64,000 nucleotides of DNA from Octopus vulgaris (lineage: Eukaryota): positions 33,232,001 through 33,296,000 of the forward strand of contig OX597842.1 of NCBI GenBank assembly GCA_951406725.2, read 5' to 3'. A program made the position numbers and the translations under genes. How positions within the stretch are numbered: position 1 is the first letter of the stretch; every line of letters starts with the position of its first letter. Under the pieces are notes generated by a model. It was not told the DNA's origin, made no database searches, and saw nothing but the letters and a program-made list of their open reading frames with translations. Positions 1 through 14,525 of the stretch are shown here, piece by piece.

Positions 1-112
1 TGGGCTTACAAAAAGAATAAGTCCCGGGGTCGATTTGCTCGACTAAAAGGCGGTGCTCCAGCATGGCCACAGTCAAATGACTGAAACAAGTAAAAGAGTA
101 AAGAGTAAAGAG
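1..112 (+). mobile_element. SINE family A, 3' end
   Basis: ggcggtgctccagcatggcc...gactgaaacaagtaaaagag tail shared with the full copies. Confidence 0.85.
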
Positions 113-131
113 TATGTATATATATCTATAT

Positions 132-825
132 GTTAGTTAGTTAGTTAGTTAATTTGACTCAAAAGCAAATAGCAAGGCCATGTAGGGGGACATGGAGTTA
201 AGTACAGGGTGGTGTTCATGTAAAGAGTTCAGGCCACTTGAGGTCCAGGGAGGCTTTGAACAAAGCGGTCGTCGGCATCTTCACCATCTCATCTGGCAGC
301 TTGTTCCACGGACCCGCAACCCGGACGGAGAAAGCTCCTCTCCTTCGATTGAGATGAAATCGTCGCAGGTAGAGCTTTTCGGAATGACCCTGCAGCCGAC
401 GCTCCGGAGCAGGAGTGAAGAACAGCTCTTTCGAGAGGTTACACTTCCCGCTTATGATGTTGTGGGCGAGAATGAGATCACCACGGCGGCGGCGTTTTTC
501 AAGAGAATAAAGGTCGAGCGTCCTCAGCCTTTCTTCGTAGGACAAATTTTTGAGACCATGAACCAGGCGGGTAGCCAGCCTCTGGACTCTTTCGAGGTGC
601 TGTATGTCTTTGAGGAGATAAGGAGAAGAGGCTTGAATCCCATACTCCAATATGGGTCTCACCAGCGTGACATAGAGTGGCAGGAATATGGCTGCTGTGA
701 GCATTCCGAATGACCGTCGAATCAAAAACAGAATTCCGCGCGCTTTGTTGGCAGCATGGACGCACTGGGCCGAAGGCGAAAAGGAGGAATCCACCAAGAT
801 ACCCAGGTCCCTTACCTGATCGGTC

Positions 826-827
<2 letters not shown>
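132..827 (-). mobile_element. 5'-truncated CR1-clade LINE (ORF2 C-terminus, 3' UTR and (TAAC)n tail)
   Basis: ORF 216..938(-) contains VRDLGILVD, LYVTLVRPILEY, LERVQRLATR, YEERLRTLDLYSLEKRRRRGDLI and FSVRVAGPWNKLP, typical of CR1/L2 ORF2 after the RT core. Ends in a tandem TAAC tail at 132-150. Confidence 0.9.
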
Positions 828-910
<83 letters not shown>

Positions 911-1542
911 CCGGATTAAGCACATAAACGCGAAACAAGATGGTGAAAATAGTATTCGAAGACCAGAGATAGAGTAATATTCTTTATTAAACAGAAGTAA
1001 AAATATTACAAAAACTGTTACTCAGAGTTTAAACAGTTTTCTAAAACAGTTTTGTTTAGACAGGTTTTTCAATAATTATTCAGACTGTTGCTCTAGTAAC
1101 GAGGCTAAAACACGCAGATTGAAGCTGTTTGGCACAGATTGACATTAGACTGGGTTTTAACGTTTTAGGTCACTTCCACTATTTACAAGAAGCGACCTAG
1201 AAGAACCAAGCGTTTTGAAGGAGAAGCGATCTTTCGCATGTGTGATGAGCTGTGGTGCCAAAAATATAACCAAAGAACGGAGATGTACTCAATTTATATA
1301 TTTTTAAGGATAGAATCTTACAGAATATTATGATAGTCTACTGGCTTCGCGTTTCGCTTGAGAAAGAGAGAGAATGGAGATTTCTACATCTTCCAGTGAG
1401 TTCTTTATCGTTTTCTATTATGGTATTTTAACGGAGACATTTTGATACTCTGACGGAGGAACGGAAATTATTAAGTCAAAACACGCCTTACCTGAACGAG
1501 GAATATTCGTCAAAGACAGGTAAGTAAAAATTTCTTTCTGTC

Positions 1543-1946
1543 TTACTCTTTTACTCTTTTACTTGTTTCAGTCATTTGACTGCGGCCATGCTGGAGCACC
1601 GCCTTTAATCGAGCAAATCGACCCCGGGACTTATTCTTTTGTAAGCCCAGTACTTATTCTATCGGTCTCTTTTGCCGAACCGCTAAGTAACGGGGACATA
1701 AGCAAACCAGCATCGGTTGTCAAGCAATGCTAGGGGGACAAACACAGACACACAAACACATACACGCATATATATATATATATATATATACGATGGGTTT
1801 CTTTCAGTTTCCAGCTACCAAATCCACTCACAAGGCTTTGGTCGGACAGAGGCTATAGTAGAAGACACTTGCCCAAGGTGCCACGCAGTGGGACTGAACC
1901 CGGAACCATGTGGTTGGTAAGCAAGGTACTTACCACACAGCCACTC
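1543..1946 (-). mobile_element. tRNA-derived SINE family A, near full length
   Basis: Head has A-box-like tggctgtgtggtaag and B-box-like gggttcagtccc, with an internal (TA)n and an (AAGAGT)n tail. About 15 copies in the window. Confidence 0.88.
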
Positions 1947-2356
1947 ATTTTTTAAACCTTTTATTTGTTCAAATTTGTGACAAGGTCTACCACTGAAACC
2001 CCCAATAAACAAAGGCAAATGCGTAAAGTTGATTTTTTTTATTTCCCACAAGGGGACAACATAAGGCAAATGCATAAAGTACAAGGGGTAAAAACCCCCG
2101 TCGGTCATGGATTTAATCCCATAGCAACGGTTGACGTAAATTTCCGTGCGCTGTGTACTCGCTTTGAATCGGATGACGAAAATATACTCTGTTCTATCTT
2201 TTGCGGATTTATACCAGTTGATAAAAAATATCCGCTATTTCTCAAGGAATCGATAATAGAGGCCACAGTGCAAATTTTAAGGAATTTTATTGGTTTGTTA
2301 AACTCTTCGTGTAAATATTTCCAACTCAGTTCGAGATTTCATCACAATAATAATAA

Positions 2357-2828
2357 TAGGCGCAGGAGTTGCTGTGTGGTAAGTAGCTTGCTAACCAACC
2401 ACATGGTTCCGGGTTCAGTCCCACTCCGTGGCATCTTGGGCAAGTGTCTTCTGCTATAGCCCCGGGCCGACCAATGCCTTGTGAGTGGATTTGGTAGACG
2501 GAAACTGAAAGAAGCCCGTCTTATATATATATATATATATTTATTTATATATATATAATATTAATTAGAGACAAAACCACTATTTTGCAAAACAACTTTT
2601 TTTTTACTTTTTATTTTTTGACTTTTTTTTACTTTTTATTTTTTATTTTTTATTTTTTACTTTTTACTTTTTATTAAAATTTTATGTATTGATTAAGTCT
2701 TTCCTTGTTTGTTTTGCAAAATAGTGGTTTTGTCTCTAATTAATATTATATAATATTTTACTATAAAATTGGATTTAATCCTAAATCTGATTTTTTTCCC
2801 TGTAAATTTGGATTTATTCCCTAATATT

Positions 2829-2869
<41 letters not shown>

Positions 2870-3045
2870 CTTGACAACCGATGCTGGTGTGTTTACGTCC
2901 CCGTCAATTAGCGGTTCGGCAAAAGAGACCGATAGAATAAGTACTGGGCTTACAAAAAGAATAAGTCCCGGGGTCGATTTACTCGACTAAAGGCGGTGCT
3001 CCAGCATGGCCGCAGTCAACTGACTGAAACAAGTAAAAGAGTATA
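2357..3045 (+). mobile_element. SINE family A interrupted by an inverted-repeat insertion
   Basis: Head at 2357-2520 and tail at 2868-3045, separated by (TA)n and the 2548-2752 inverted repeat. Confidence 0.8.
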
Positions 3046-3242
3046 ATAACAATAATATAAACTTGAGAAATAGGTATTTCGTCTGTCTTTACGTTCTGAG
3101 TTCAAATTCTGCCGAGGTCGACTATGCTTTTGCATCCTTTCAGGGTCAATAAATTAAGTACCAGTTGGGTACTGAGGTCGATCTAATCGACTATTCCCCA
3201 TCTCCCAAAATTTCGGGCCTTGTGCCTAGAGTGGAAAAGAAT

Positions 3243-4481
3243 ATAAATGTGAGCGATGTTTCTCTGTCCGTTACGTTTTTATGTTCGTTAACTCCTCCCA
3301 GACCGTTGGGAAATTTTAAGGGTCGGATCTTTTCCTTTTGAACGGCAGACAATCTCTAGTTAACTAAACACTTTAAAACTTCGTATACTGGTAGAATGTG
3401 TCAAAATAAAACATTTTTTCTCTTGGCTTTCTTGAGAAAATTGTAATTTGTTTGTTTAACGTAGTTTAATTTTTCGAATTTTAACCAATCCTATGCCTTT
3501 CTTTTGAGCTAAAAATCATTACTGCGTCTAAAACTGAGACAACATCCTGTAACTAACCCTAAATCCTCCCCCCTAACCCTAAATTTTATTTTTTCTTAAT
3601 TGTTAAATCAATTTAATTGTTACGCGTGTAAAAAAAACTAAAGCAATGGAATTAAATTAATTTAACAATTAAGACAAAAATTTAGGGTTAGGGTTAGGGG
3701 GAGGTTTAGGGTTAGTTACAGGATGTTGTCTCAGTTTTAGACGCAGTAAATGATTTTAGTTGAATGGAGGTAATTAATTGGTTAATATTGCCGAAATGCT
3801 CGGATTTTCAGACGAAATATCTTACAAACTATACAATTTTCTCAATAAAGCCAAGAGAAAAATGATGTTTTATAAACCCATTCTACCAGTATACGAAGTT
3901 TAAAAGTGTTTAGTTAACCACAGAATGTCTTTTTACCTCAACAGACGTCATTGATTGGTTGAAATTGCAGAAATTGAAGGAAAAAAAACAACAAATATCT
4001 TACAAACTATAGAATTTTCTCAATAAAGCCAAGAAAAAATGATGTTTTATAAACACATTCTACCAGTATACGAAGTTTAAAAGTGTTTAGTTACCTAGAA
4101 ATTGTGTTGACATCTGCCGTTCAAAAGGAAAAGATCCTTAAGGGTTACCTAATTTGGGCCCCACAGCCCCCTATTTTTACTGCATGTTAAACCAAATGCA
4201 TGGTATTGGCGACCAAATCAGAACAATTGATTAAATCGAAACAATAATTTCATACCATGAACTCTCAGGGAGTATTGTAAAGAGGTTCAATTTCCGAAGG
4301 GATCTTAAATGGGGTCCCACCGATCCCGCCCTAATTTTACTGCACTTACCTCGCTCCTTCGCTTACTGATTAAGCTATGATCAGCATCAGTGCTTAACAC
4401 ATTTGGAGAAATAAGTTTGGGATTAAATTACACAAGAGTAGAGAGCCTGAATGCCGCCCCGAAGGACAGCTTCGAGGCTAG
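3243..4481 (+). mobile_element. Possible Helitron-like element hosting the 3325-4137 insertion
   Basis: Ends in a GC-rich segment followed by CTAG|T (4478-4481). The 5' boundary is unclear. Confidence 0.35.
3325..4137. mobile_element. Non-autonomous foldback DNA transposon, Merlin-like, with internal TTAGGG tracts
   Basis: TIR GGATCTTTTCCTTTTGAACGGCAGA at both ends and long internal inverted arms. ttaagggt occurs on both flanks (left copy offset by one base). Confidence 0.8.
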
Positions 4482-4939
4482 TAATAATATAAAAACAGCG
4501 GTTTTGGTGGTCACACCACCATTTCTACTATGACTTCCTGTCAAATTCGTACACGCTCAGCAAATTCTTCTGGTCCTTCACGGAATTTATAGTCGCATCC
4601 AGCCATGCCAGTTTCGTTGAATTTTGAATTTACAGTCCTTGCCGTCATGACGGTTTACATAAATAATAAACAGTGCATGCTTTAAAGCGGTTGGCGTATA
4701 TATAACAGAACCGATGTCGTCTGCTAATTACTGATATCGGCCGAGATGATTACTATCAGTGCAAATTAGTTACCTGATTACAAAAAAAAAAAACAAAAAA
4801 AACATTGAAATTGGGTTAATATTTCAAAATTTCGCTAGACTGTTTGTAACAGGATACGAACCCACGAACGTGGAATTCACAGTATATGATTTTAACTTTA
4901 AAAATTCGTTGTTTATTATAGTTTAATTGATTAATATGT

Positions 4940-5660
4940 AAGGCGGCGAGCTGGCCGAATCGTTAGCACGCCGGGCGAAATCCTGAGCGGTATTTCGGCT
5001 GCCGTTACGTTGTGAGTTCAAATTCCGCCGAGGTCGACTTTGCCTTTCATCCTTTCGGGGTCGATAAATTAAGTACCAGTTAAGCACTGGGGTCGATATA
5101 ATCGACTTAATACCTATGTCTGTCCATGTTTGTCCCCTCTATGTTTAGCCCCTTGTGGGTAATAAAGAAATAGGTATTTCGTCTGAGTTCAAATTCTGCC
5201 GAGGTCGACATTGCCTTTCATCCTTTTGGGGTTGATATAATCGACTTAATCCGTCTATCTGTCCTTGTTTGTCCCCTCTGTGTTTAGCCCCTTGTGAGCA
5301 GTAAAGAAATAGGTATTTCGTCTATTTTTACGTTCTGAGTTCAAATTCCGCCGAGGTCGACTTTGCCTTTCATCCTTTCGGGGTTGTTTAAATAAGTACC
5401 AGGTACGCACTGGGGTCGATATAATCGACTTAATCCGATACACTGTCCGTGTTTGTCCCCTCTATGTTTAGCCCCTTGTGGGCAGTAAAGAAATAAGTAT
5501 TTCGTCTATCTTTACGTTCTGAGTTCAAATTCCGCCGAGGTCGACTTTGCCTTTCATCCTTTCGGGGTCGATAAATTAAGTACCAGTTGCGTACTGGAGT
5601 CGATATAATCGACTGGCCCCCTCCCCCAAAATTCGGGCCTTGTGCCTGGAGTAGAAAAGA
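4940..5660 (+). mobile_element. tRNA-derived SINE family B with tandemly repeated body
   Basis: Head aaggcggcgagctggc...gagttcaaattcc. The conserved core gcctttcatcctttcggggtcgataaattaagtaccag (Meta/Nin-like central domain, from recall) repeats four times. Confidence 0.85.
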
Positions 5661-5788
5661 ATAACAATGTATGTATTCTACTCAACCGCTTGTCTTTTTT
5701 GGGTCGTCTCTCTGCACCAAGTATACGTATTAATATATACAGGGTAACCCAAAAGTAGGTATACATATATATATATAATATATATATA

Positions 5789-6157
<369 letters not shown>

Positions 6158-6162
6158 GTATA

Positions 6163-6465
6163 TGTGGAGGCACAATGGCCCCAGTGGTTAGGGCAGCGGA
6201 CTCGTGGTCATAGGATCGCGGTTTCGATTCCCAGACCAGGCCTTGTGAGTGTTTATTGAGCGAAAACACCTAAAGCTCCACGAGGCTCCGGCAGGGGATG
6301 GTGGCGATCCCTGCTGTACTCTTTCGCCACAACTTTCTCCCACTCTTTCTTCTGTTGGCCTGCTTGCTTAGCCAGCGGGGTGGCGTCATTTGAAGGCTAA
6401 AACAATGCGAAGCGCATTGTGACCAGTGATGTGTAGAAACATTTGATAGCCTGGTCGGTCACGGT

Positions 6466-6467
<2 letters not shown>
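6163..6467 (+). mobile_element. tRNA-derived SINE family C
   Basis: A-box tggccccagtgg and B-box ggtttcgattcc. Related copies at 40470-40640(-) and 46090-46360(+). Confidence 0.8.
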
Positions 6468-6524
<57 letters not shown>

Positions 6525-6528
<4 letters not shown>

Positions 6529-6692
6529 GACGGGTTTCTTTCAGTTTCCGTCTACCAATTCCACTTACAAAGCTTTGGTGAACCTGAGACTATAGTAGAA
6601 GACACTTGCTCGAAGTGCCACGCAGTGGGACTGAACCCGGAACCACGTGGTTCGTAAGTAAGCTACTTACCACTCAGCGACACCTGCGCCTA
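6525..6692 (-). mobile_element. SINE family A, 5' half
   Basis: Matches the family A head. Confidence 0.8.
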
Positions 6693-7109
6693 TAAAAAAA
6701 CAAAAAAAAAAATAAAACCAAAAATGATGAATATGTGAACTTTTTTATTTGAAAGAAGGGAAAGAAAAAGAGGAAAAAACTGTCCAAAATAATTACTAAA
6801 AGCAATCACTCGACTTCGGGGATCGAATGGGCCTTGCGCCTCATTTTATAATTTTCAAATTCTTATTCGTTTTTTTTTTTTATTTTTCTTCTTTGGTCGA
6901 TACCTTTTTGTATTTTTATTTCCCCGATTATATTTTGTATTGTCTTTGTAATGTGTAACCTCCATCTTTTGCCCCTTGTGGGCAATGAAAATCGATGACA
7001 TTGGTGTTACCTTGGCGGAGGTTTGCGCTCTCTGGGGGCTCTTGTTTTAAGCATGAAATTTCTTTTTACCTGACGAGCCAGCTTAGTGTTTACATTAATT
7101 AAAAAATTG

Positions 7110-7731
7110 GGATCTTTTCCTTTTGAACGGTAGACAATTTCTAGTTAACTAAACACTTTTAAAACTTCGTATACTGGTAGAATGTGTCAAAATAAAACAT
7201 TTTTTTCTCTTGGCTTTCTTGAGAAAATTGTAATTTGTTTGTTTAACGTAGTTTAATTTTTCAAATTTTAACCAATCCTATGCTCTCTTTTGAGCTAAAA
7301 TCATTTACTGTGTCTAAAACTGAGACAACATCCTGTAACTAACCCTAAACCGCGCCCCTAACTCTAACCCTAAATTTTATATTTCTTAATTGTTAAATTA
7401 ATTTAATTGTTACGCGTGTAAAAACGCAATGGAATTAAATTAATTTAACAATTAAGAAACAAAATTTAGGGTTAGGTTTAGAGCTAGTTACAGGATGTTG
7501 TCTCAGTTTTAGACGCAGAAAATGATTTTATTTTAATGGAGGTAATCGATTGGTTAAAATTGCCGAAATGCTCGGATTTTCAGACGAAATATCTTACAAA
7601 CTATAGAATTCTCTCAATAAAACAAAGAGAAAATGATGTTTTATAAACACATTCTACCAGTATACGAAGTTTAAAAGTGTTTAGTTAACTAGAAATTGTG
7701 TTGACATCTGCCGTTCAAAACGAAAAGATCC
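7110..7731. mobile_element. Second copy of the Merlin-like foldback element
   Basis: Same TIRs, with a perfect 8-bp TSD aaaaattg (7102-7109 and 7732-7739). Confidence 0.85.
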
Positions 7732-7934
7732 AAAAATTGTATATACAGTAATCCCTTGACTATCGCGGGTGTTAGGTTAGAACCCCACACCACCGCGCGA
7801 TAGTTGAAAATCCGCGAAGTAGAAACAATACTGTACTGTATATTTTTAAAATTATTTTTATTATATATATATTTATTTTATTACAAAAGCAAAGCAACAC
7901 CACGTAGGAATAGACGTAAGCTTAAATAATAAAC

Positions 7935-8350
7935 CTATTTCTTTATTACCCACAAGGGGCTAAATACAGAGGGGACAAACGAGGACAGACACACGGATTA
8001 AGTCGATTATATCGACCCCAGTGCGTAACTGGTACTTATTTAATCGATCCTGAAAGGATGAAAGGCAAAGTCGACCTCGGCGGAATTTGAACTTAGAACG
8101 TAGCGGCAGACGAAATACACATTTCTTTACTACCCACAAGGGGCTAAACACAGAGGGGACAAACAAGGACAGACAAACGGATTAAGTCGATTATATCGAC
8201 CCCAGTGCGTAACTGGTACTTATTTAATCGACCCCGAAATGATGAAAGGCAAAGTCGACCTTGGCGGAATTCGAACTCAGAACGTAACGGCAGACGAAAT
8301 ACCGCTAAGCATTTCGCCCGGCGTGTTACCGATTCTGCCAGCTCGCCGCC
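7935..8350 (-). mobile_element. SINE family B (tandem body)
   Basis: Reverse complement of the 4940 copy. Confidence 0.85.
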
Positions 8351-8454
8351 TAAGTTACCAAAATACTGCAAAACTTTTCAACATAATAACCACGATAATA
8401 TTTGAAAATTTTAGAAATACGGATTTAAGACAAACCTGAAAAAGAAATGCAGTT

Positions 8455-8718
8455 CTATATTTAAGAGATGAGGAATTATGTACATTGTTTACATTTGACG
8501 GATATTTCTCCTCGTCTTGTTTCTTGTTAACACAAAGTTTCGGCTGATATACTCTCCAGCCTTCATCAGGTGTCTTGGGGAAATTTCGACCCTGGGTTCT
8601 CATTCCTAAGGTATTTTTCGATGTTATTATTATTATTATGAATGCTGGTGGGTATATCAGCTGAAACGTGTTATCAACAAACAAGATGAGAACAAATATC
8701 AGTCAAATGTAAATATGT
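8455..8718. mobile_element. Penelope-like terminal fragment with an inverted partial copy and a degenerate hammerhead (minus strand, about 8528-8574)
   Basis: Minus strand gacac-CTGATGA-aggctg...cagcc-GAAAC-tttgtgtt. An inverted diverged copy lies at about 8638-8718. Confidence 0.55.
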
Positions 8719-8887
8719 GCTGAAAAAGAAAGTTTTGAAACATATGGCTATACGGTAATCCATCGCCATATTGCGGTTCACCTATCGCGCACCTCAGTAC
8801 ATCGCGGATTTTTCTTTCTAATATATGTACACTTATATCGCGGACTCCTCGATATAATTGGGTTTCTGCTGCTGCTATTTATAATTC

Positions 8888-9465
8888 TTTACTCTTTTTT
8901 TCTCTTTTACTTGTTTCAGTCATTCGACTGCGGCCATGCTGGAGCACCACCTTTAGTCGAGCAACTCGACCGCGGGACTTATTCTTTTTGTAAGCCCAGT
9001 ACTTATTCTATCGGTTTCTTTTGCCGAACCGCTATGTAACGGGGACATAAACACACCAGCATCGGTTGTCAAGCAATGCTAGGGGGACAAACACAGACAC
9101 ACAAACACACACACGCATATATATATAATACATATATACGACAGGCTTCTTTCAGTTTTCGTCTACCAAATCCACTCACAGTGCTTTGGTCGGCCCGAGG
9201 CTATAGCAGAAGACACTTGCCCAAGTGGCCACACAGTGGGACTGAACCCGGAACCATGTGGTTGGTAAGCAAGCTACTTACCACACAGTCACTCCTACAC
9301 CTATAATATATACGACAGGCTTCTTTCAGTTTCCGCCTACCAAATCCACTCACAAGGCTTTGGTCAACCCGAGGCTATAGCAGAAGACACTTGCCCAAGG
9401 TGCCACACAGTGGGACTGAACCCGGAACCATGTGGTTGGTAAACAAGCTACTTACCATACAGCCA
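8888..9465 (-). mobile_element. SINE family A with tandemly duplicated head
   Basis: Head segment present twice (about 9135-9305 and 9310-9465). Confidence 0.82.
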
Positions 9466-9520
9466 ATATTTTTATGGGAGGTTTTGGAACGTAACACACT
9501 CGATAGTCGAGGGATTATTA

Positions 9521-9850
9521 TACATTCGGGAAATCCAAGAAGAACTTGTACCAAATGCTGGAATTGGAAGTTAAACAGCAGAGCGGGGTTTCACGGTGTA
9601 GAGCCAAAAGTCCCAACATTGTCATCAGAATATAGGACCATTTACTGGAACAACATCGGTCTTAAAAGACCACAGGTTTTCAATATCTTTCAAAAAAGCT
9701 GGAGAGGATTACATAGGGTGGATGTTATCGTCTTCAAAACAGAACTGGATCTCTCCATGTCATGGGTTCCGGATGAACCTACCTCGTAACAAGAGACTCG
9801 GATGAGGGCCCCAACATCAAACTGCCTCATTCACCAAATGCTACACATCG
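9521..9850 (+). mobile_element. Degenerate LINE ORF2 3' fragment
   Basis: Translation RPQVFNIFQKSWRGLHRVDVIVFKTELDLSMSWVPDEPTS resembles the FN-LP...FK--LD--L--VPDEP C-terminus of CR1-group LINEs. Confidence 0.55.
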
Positions 9851-11530
9851 AAGGAAGTTTTGAAGTGGTCAAATGGTAGCGAAACTAACGCCATTGTCCT
9901 CAACATGTCCGAAGCTCCTGAGCTGAACCTAGTGAAAATGAAACGAAGCAGACGACACAAAAAGAAAGGCAGACGACACACTTATGAAGAATTACAAGGG
10001 GCAATAACTGTGTTCAAACTTACTTTATTTTATGTAATCTCCTCTATGTTACATAATTCTTTTGATCCATGTCTGATAATGATAAATACAATCAATAATA
10101 TTATTAATATTCATTTAAATTATAATTATAAATATAATAATAAATATTATCATTAATAATAATAATATTGTTATTAGTATTAATAATAATACTATTATCA
10201 ATGTTATAATTATAATTTTGTTTTGTTAATGTTATTTTTCTTTTTTGCACATTATCGTCTCTTAGTAACCTCACCAACATTATTATCATTTTTATTATTT
10301 TTAGTTATCATAATTTTAGCCATTTTCAGTAAAGTTAATGTATGTAATCATGATGTGTATTAATTTTATCATTATTATTAAATCATTATTATCATTATTA
10401 ATATTATACTGAAATAATTTTTGTTTTGTCTCAGTTTTTTTCGATTTTTTCATATTAATATCATCATTCATTATTTTGCATTTTTATTTTTTTATTTTGT
10501 TGTATATATATTTTTTGATTCGTTCGTTTTTGTTTTTGTTTTTTTTTAATTAATTTTTTTCTCCAATAGAATTTTCGTTTTCCAATAATTTTTATCAATC
10601 ATTCAGGTATATTTTTTGCCACGTTTTTTTTTATTCATTTTTCAAATTTTATTATGTTTTCACAATCCTCTGTTCTTCGTTTTTTTTTTTCGTTTCAGGG
10701 TAGGGTCAATAGGGGAAATAAATGTTTTTTTTTCTTTTCTCTCTCTCTCCATTCCATTCAATATATTTGTTGTTTTTTTTTTTAAAAAAACTTCACTTTG
10801 GGTGCATGTGTAACTTACTCCTGTCGTTACAGTTCTTTCTCTTATTGTTTAACAAAGTTCTCGTTGGTAGAGTTATTCTTGTTAGATATAGAACTCGTGA
10901 GATTTCCATTTCAGATATATATATTTATATGATGTTACTTTACTCTGCACTATTTGAGTTTTCACAAAGCCTTTGTTGTTCCCGTAGCTATATATGAGAT
11001 ATACGTGTGTAACGCTTTACATGTTCGTGTATATAAATGTATGTGTATATATAAGCCCATGTATGTATGTATATATATATATATATGGATTTGTATGCAC
11101 AGTATATTTGTATATTCTTGGTGGGGGCGTGTGGGTGTTGGCGGGAGGCAGATAAGTATATTTTCTAGTATACTTATACACAGATCTTAAATGTAACACA
11201 AGTTACTAATACCGTTAGTAGTAGCAGTAGTCGCAGCAGAAGCATGAATTGACTGTTGTTAGTTATTTGCGTTGTGGTTGCTCTTGCTGTTGTTTACGTC
11301 ATTGTCACGTGACCGTCCATCTCTGTAATTGCCATTTTCATTGCCATATTTTTGCTTTTATATTTTCAAGCTGTTTTTTATTTATTTTATTTTTGATTTT
11401 TAGGCTTCGTCCAATTCTTTCAAAAATATGTTTCGCCGTGTTCAAATCTTACACGAGATTTGATTGGCTACCGTCATCGACATCAACCATCGTATATATG
11501 TAATATATACCTGTGTGCATATATTCAAAT

Positions 11531-11562
<32 letters not shown>

Positions 11563-11676
11563 GTACGTCTATACATATGTATACACACGCACACATATAT
11601 ATATATATAATATACCGTTGTGACTGTGTGTATGTATATATATATATATATATATACATATATATTTGTGAGTATG

Positions 11677-11708
<32 letters not shown>

Positions 11709-13489
11709 TATGTTATTACTGTAATAGGGAGCAGATATATAAGTCGATGAAGAGGAGGAAGAGGAGGAAGAGATAAGGAAGGTAGTTTTTTACACAAGGG
11801 AGCAGAATTCCGTCATGCGCGCGTATGTGTGTGTGTATATATATATATATATGTATATATATACACACACACACAGAAGCTCATACACATATATTTGAAC
11901 GTGTATGTCTACATGTGCGTTTGTATGTGTACTGGGTGGTTAGTGATGAGAAAAGATGGACACTGTAGAATGAATGAGTGACATCGTCAAATGGGTGGCG
12001 TGAAAGGTGATGGTGGGAGATCGAACTCTCTCGATACTGGCAGCTTATGAATACGATGATAATACTGATGATAATGATGATGATTATAACGATGATGATG
12101 ACGGCAAACACAATGAGAGTGGCTGGATGTTAAACAATTTTTAGTAGCAGTAGCAGCCTCAGCAGCAACAGGGTTATTAGTAGCATGAGTAATTTTAGTA
12201 ATAGTAGTAGTAGCAGCAGCAGTTACTGGTATATCTTATATACAGGAATCGCATTTACGCACAAGCACTCGTACAATCCACACACTATATTTTTCAGCGA
12301 CTGAAAGAGCAAAATGATCACCGAATATACCAAGACACGCAGTAGTTAACTGGTATTTTACACTATCAACCGCTAGCTTTCACCCCTCTCCCAATTCTTG
12401 TAGGTATAATTCGCTGGGAAGCACACCGTGTTCCGTTATACAAGCATTATATACTACCATGTATATGAAATTGGTGACTACTGAAGCAATGTGTTCGTGG
12501 AAAGTTAATAGATTAGATACTGAGGAAAAGGCAATAATTCCTGAAACATGTATCTACATCCATCACCTGTCGTCTTTTTTTTTTATCTTCGAGCGCATTG
12601 TTTACCTAGACGTCGTAATTTTCAATGATGGCTCTAATTTCTTTATGAAATCTGTAGAGATAAATTTTAAAGTGAAATATTTCTAGAATGAGCGTTAAAA
12701 ATCAAATTTATATTTGTCGGCATTTCAAGTAAGAACGCGATTGGGCGCGTGTGATAATTTTACGATGAAAAATGAAGTGAAATTGAATGGGTTTCAATCA
12801 AGTGTTTGTGAAGTGTCACTTATCTTCAGGAAAATGTATGGTAGCCTTATATAGAGATGCATCATAAGCTGTGTCCCACATAACGATTGTACATTAGTAT
12901 TGTCTATAATATCTGTCGCTGTATATACACATAGCATGGACTTCGTCTCACTCTCTCACACACATACCTACATAAATACATACATATATATATACACCCA
13001 CCCGCAAGCATACACTTCTCTCTTATATATGTGTATATGTATATATGTATCTATATGTACATATATATATGTATATATGAGTGTGTATATATATGTGCAT
13101 GCATTCATGTGTAAGTATATATATGTATATATGTTGATATGGATGTGTTTTTATATATACGTGTATATATATATATGTGTGTGTGTGAAATTATGTATAT
13201 GTGTGTATATTTATGTATATATATGTTATATATGTATGTATATATATGTATATATGTGTATATTTATGTATATATGTGTGTATATTTATGTATATATATG
13301 TATGTATATGTGTCTATATTTATGTATATATATATATATATGTGTGTATATGTATGTATATGTGTCTATATTTATGTATATATATATGTGTATATATTTA
13401 TGTATATGTATATATATATATTGTGTGTATATTTATGCATATATATATGTGTATATATTTATGTATGTATATATATATGTGCGTGTGTA

Positions 13490-13521
<32 letters not shown>

Positions 13522-13778
13522 GTATATATCTATGTATGTATATATATATATGTTCATTTTCATTGATGTAAAATATGTTTCCATCACACTCTCTCTGTCT
13601 CTCTCTCTCTCTTCCCACTCTCTTTCTCTTGTTGTTCGCTCTTTTATATATTTCACTCTATACATAATTATAACGCTGACTTCCGTTTTTTGTTAAACAA
13701 AATTTTCTCATTTTCCTTCGCTATACACAAACAAAAACAACTTATCATTCGACGTTATTATTCTTACAGCCACTAGCG

Positions 13779-13854
<76 letters not shown>

Positions 13855-13949
13855 CATTACGCTTTTTATTATCCTTATTTAAAAATCATCATAATTTTTG
13901 ATTTCTCTTTTCATATCTGTTGCTTGGCAACAGTTAATTCCTAATATTT

Positions 13950-14103
13950 AGACATTATTATTATTATTATTATTATTGTCGTTATTGCTCTATTATTATC
14001 ATCGCAGATATTCTTGTTAGTTTTTATCAATATTGCTTATTATTATCATAAAATATTGTTACTTTTATCATCACTGCTATTATTGTTAGTATCATCAATA
14101 TTA

Positions 14104-14164
<61 letters not shown>

Positions 14165-14447
14165 TTTTATTATTAATATTATTATTACTTTTATTATTAA
14201 TATTATTATTACTTTTATTATTAATATTATTATTATTACTTTTATTATTAATATTATTATTACTATTATTATTAATATTATTATCATTATTATTATTAAT
14301 AGTGTCATAATATTATTACTATTATTATTGTCACCGTTGTTATTGCTAATCCCGTCAATAGTGCTATTTTCATTATTATTATCATTATTATTATTATTTT
14401 TATTATTATTATCATCATCTTTATTATTATTATCATTTTTATTATCA

Positions 14448-14516
<69 letters not shown>

Positions 14517-14525
14517 TCATCATTA
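13950..14525. repeat. (ATT)n microsatellite region
   Basis: Seen directly. One of many (TA)n, (CA)n, (TAGA)n, (TAG)n and (ATT)n tracts in the window. Confidence 0.95.

Noticed and set aside
192-713. 173-aa plus-strand ORF
   Set aside because: Antisense shadow of the LINE ORF2.
3550-3715. TTAGGG/CCCTAA as a telomere or fusion site
   Set aside because: Short tracts internal to a TIR element present twice in the window.
6163-6240. tRNA-like sequences with A and B boxes
   Set aside because: These are SINE heads that continue into SINE bodies, with no complete cloverleaf seen.
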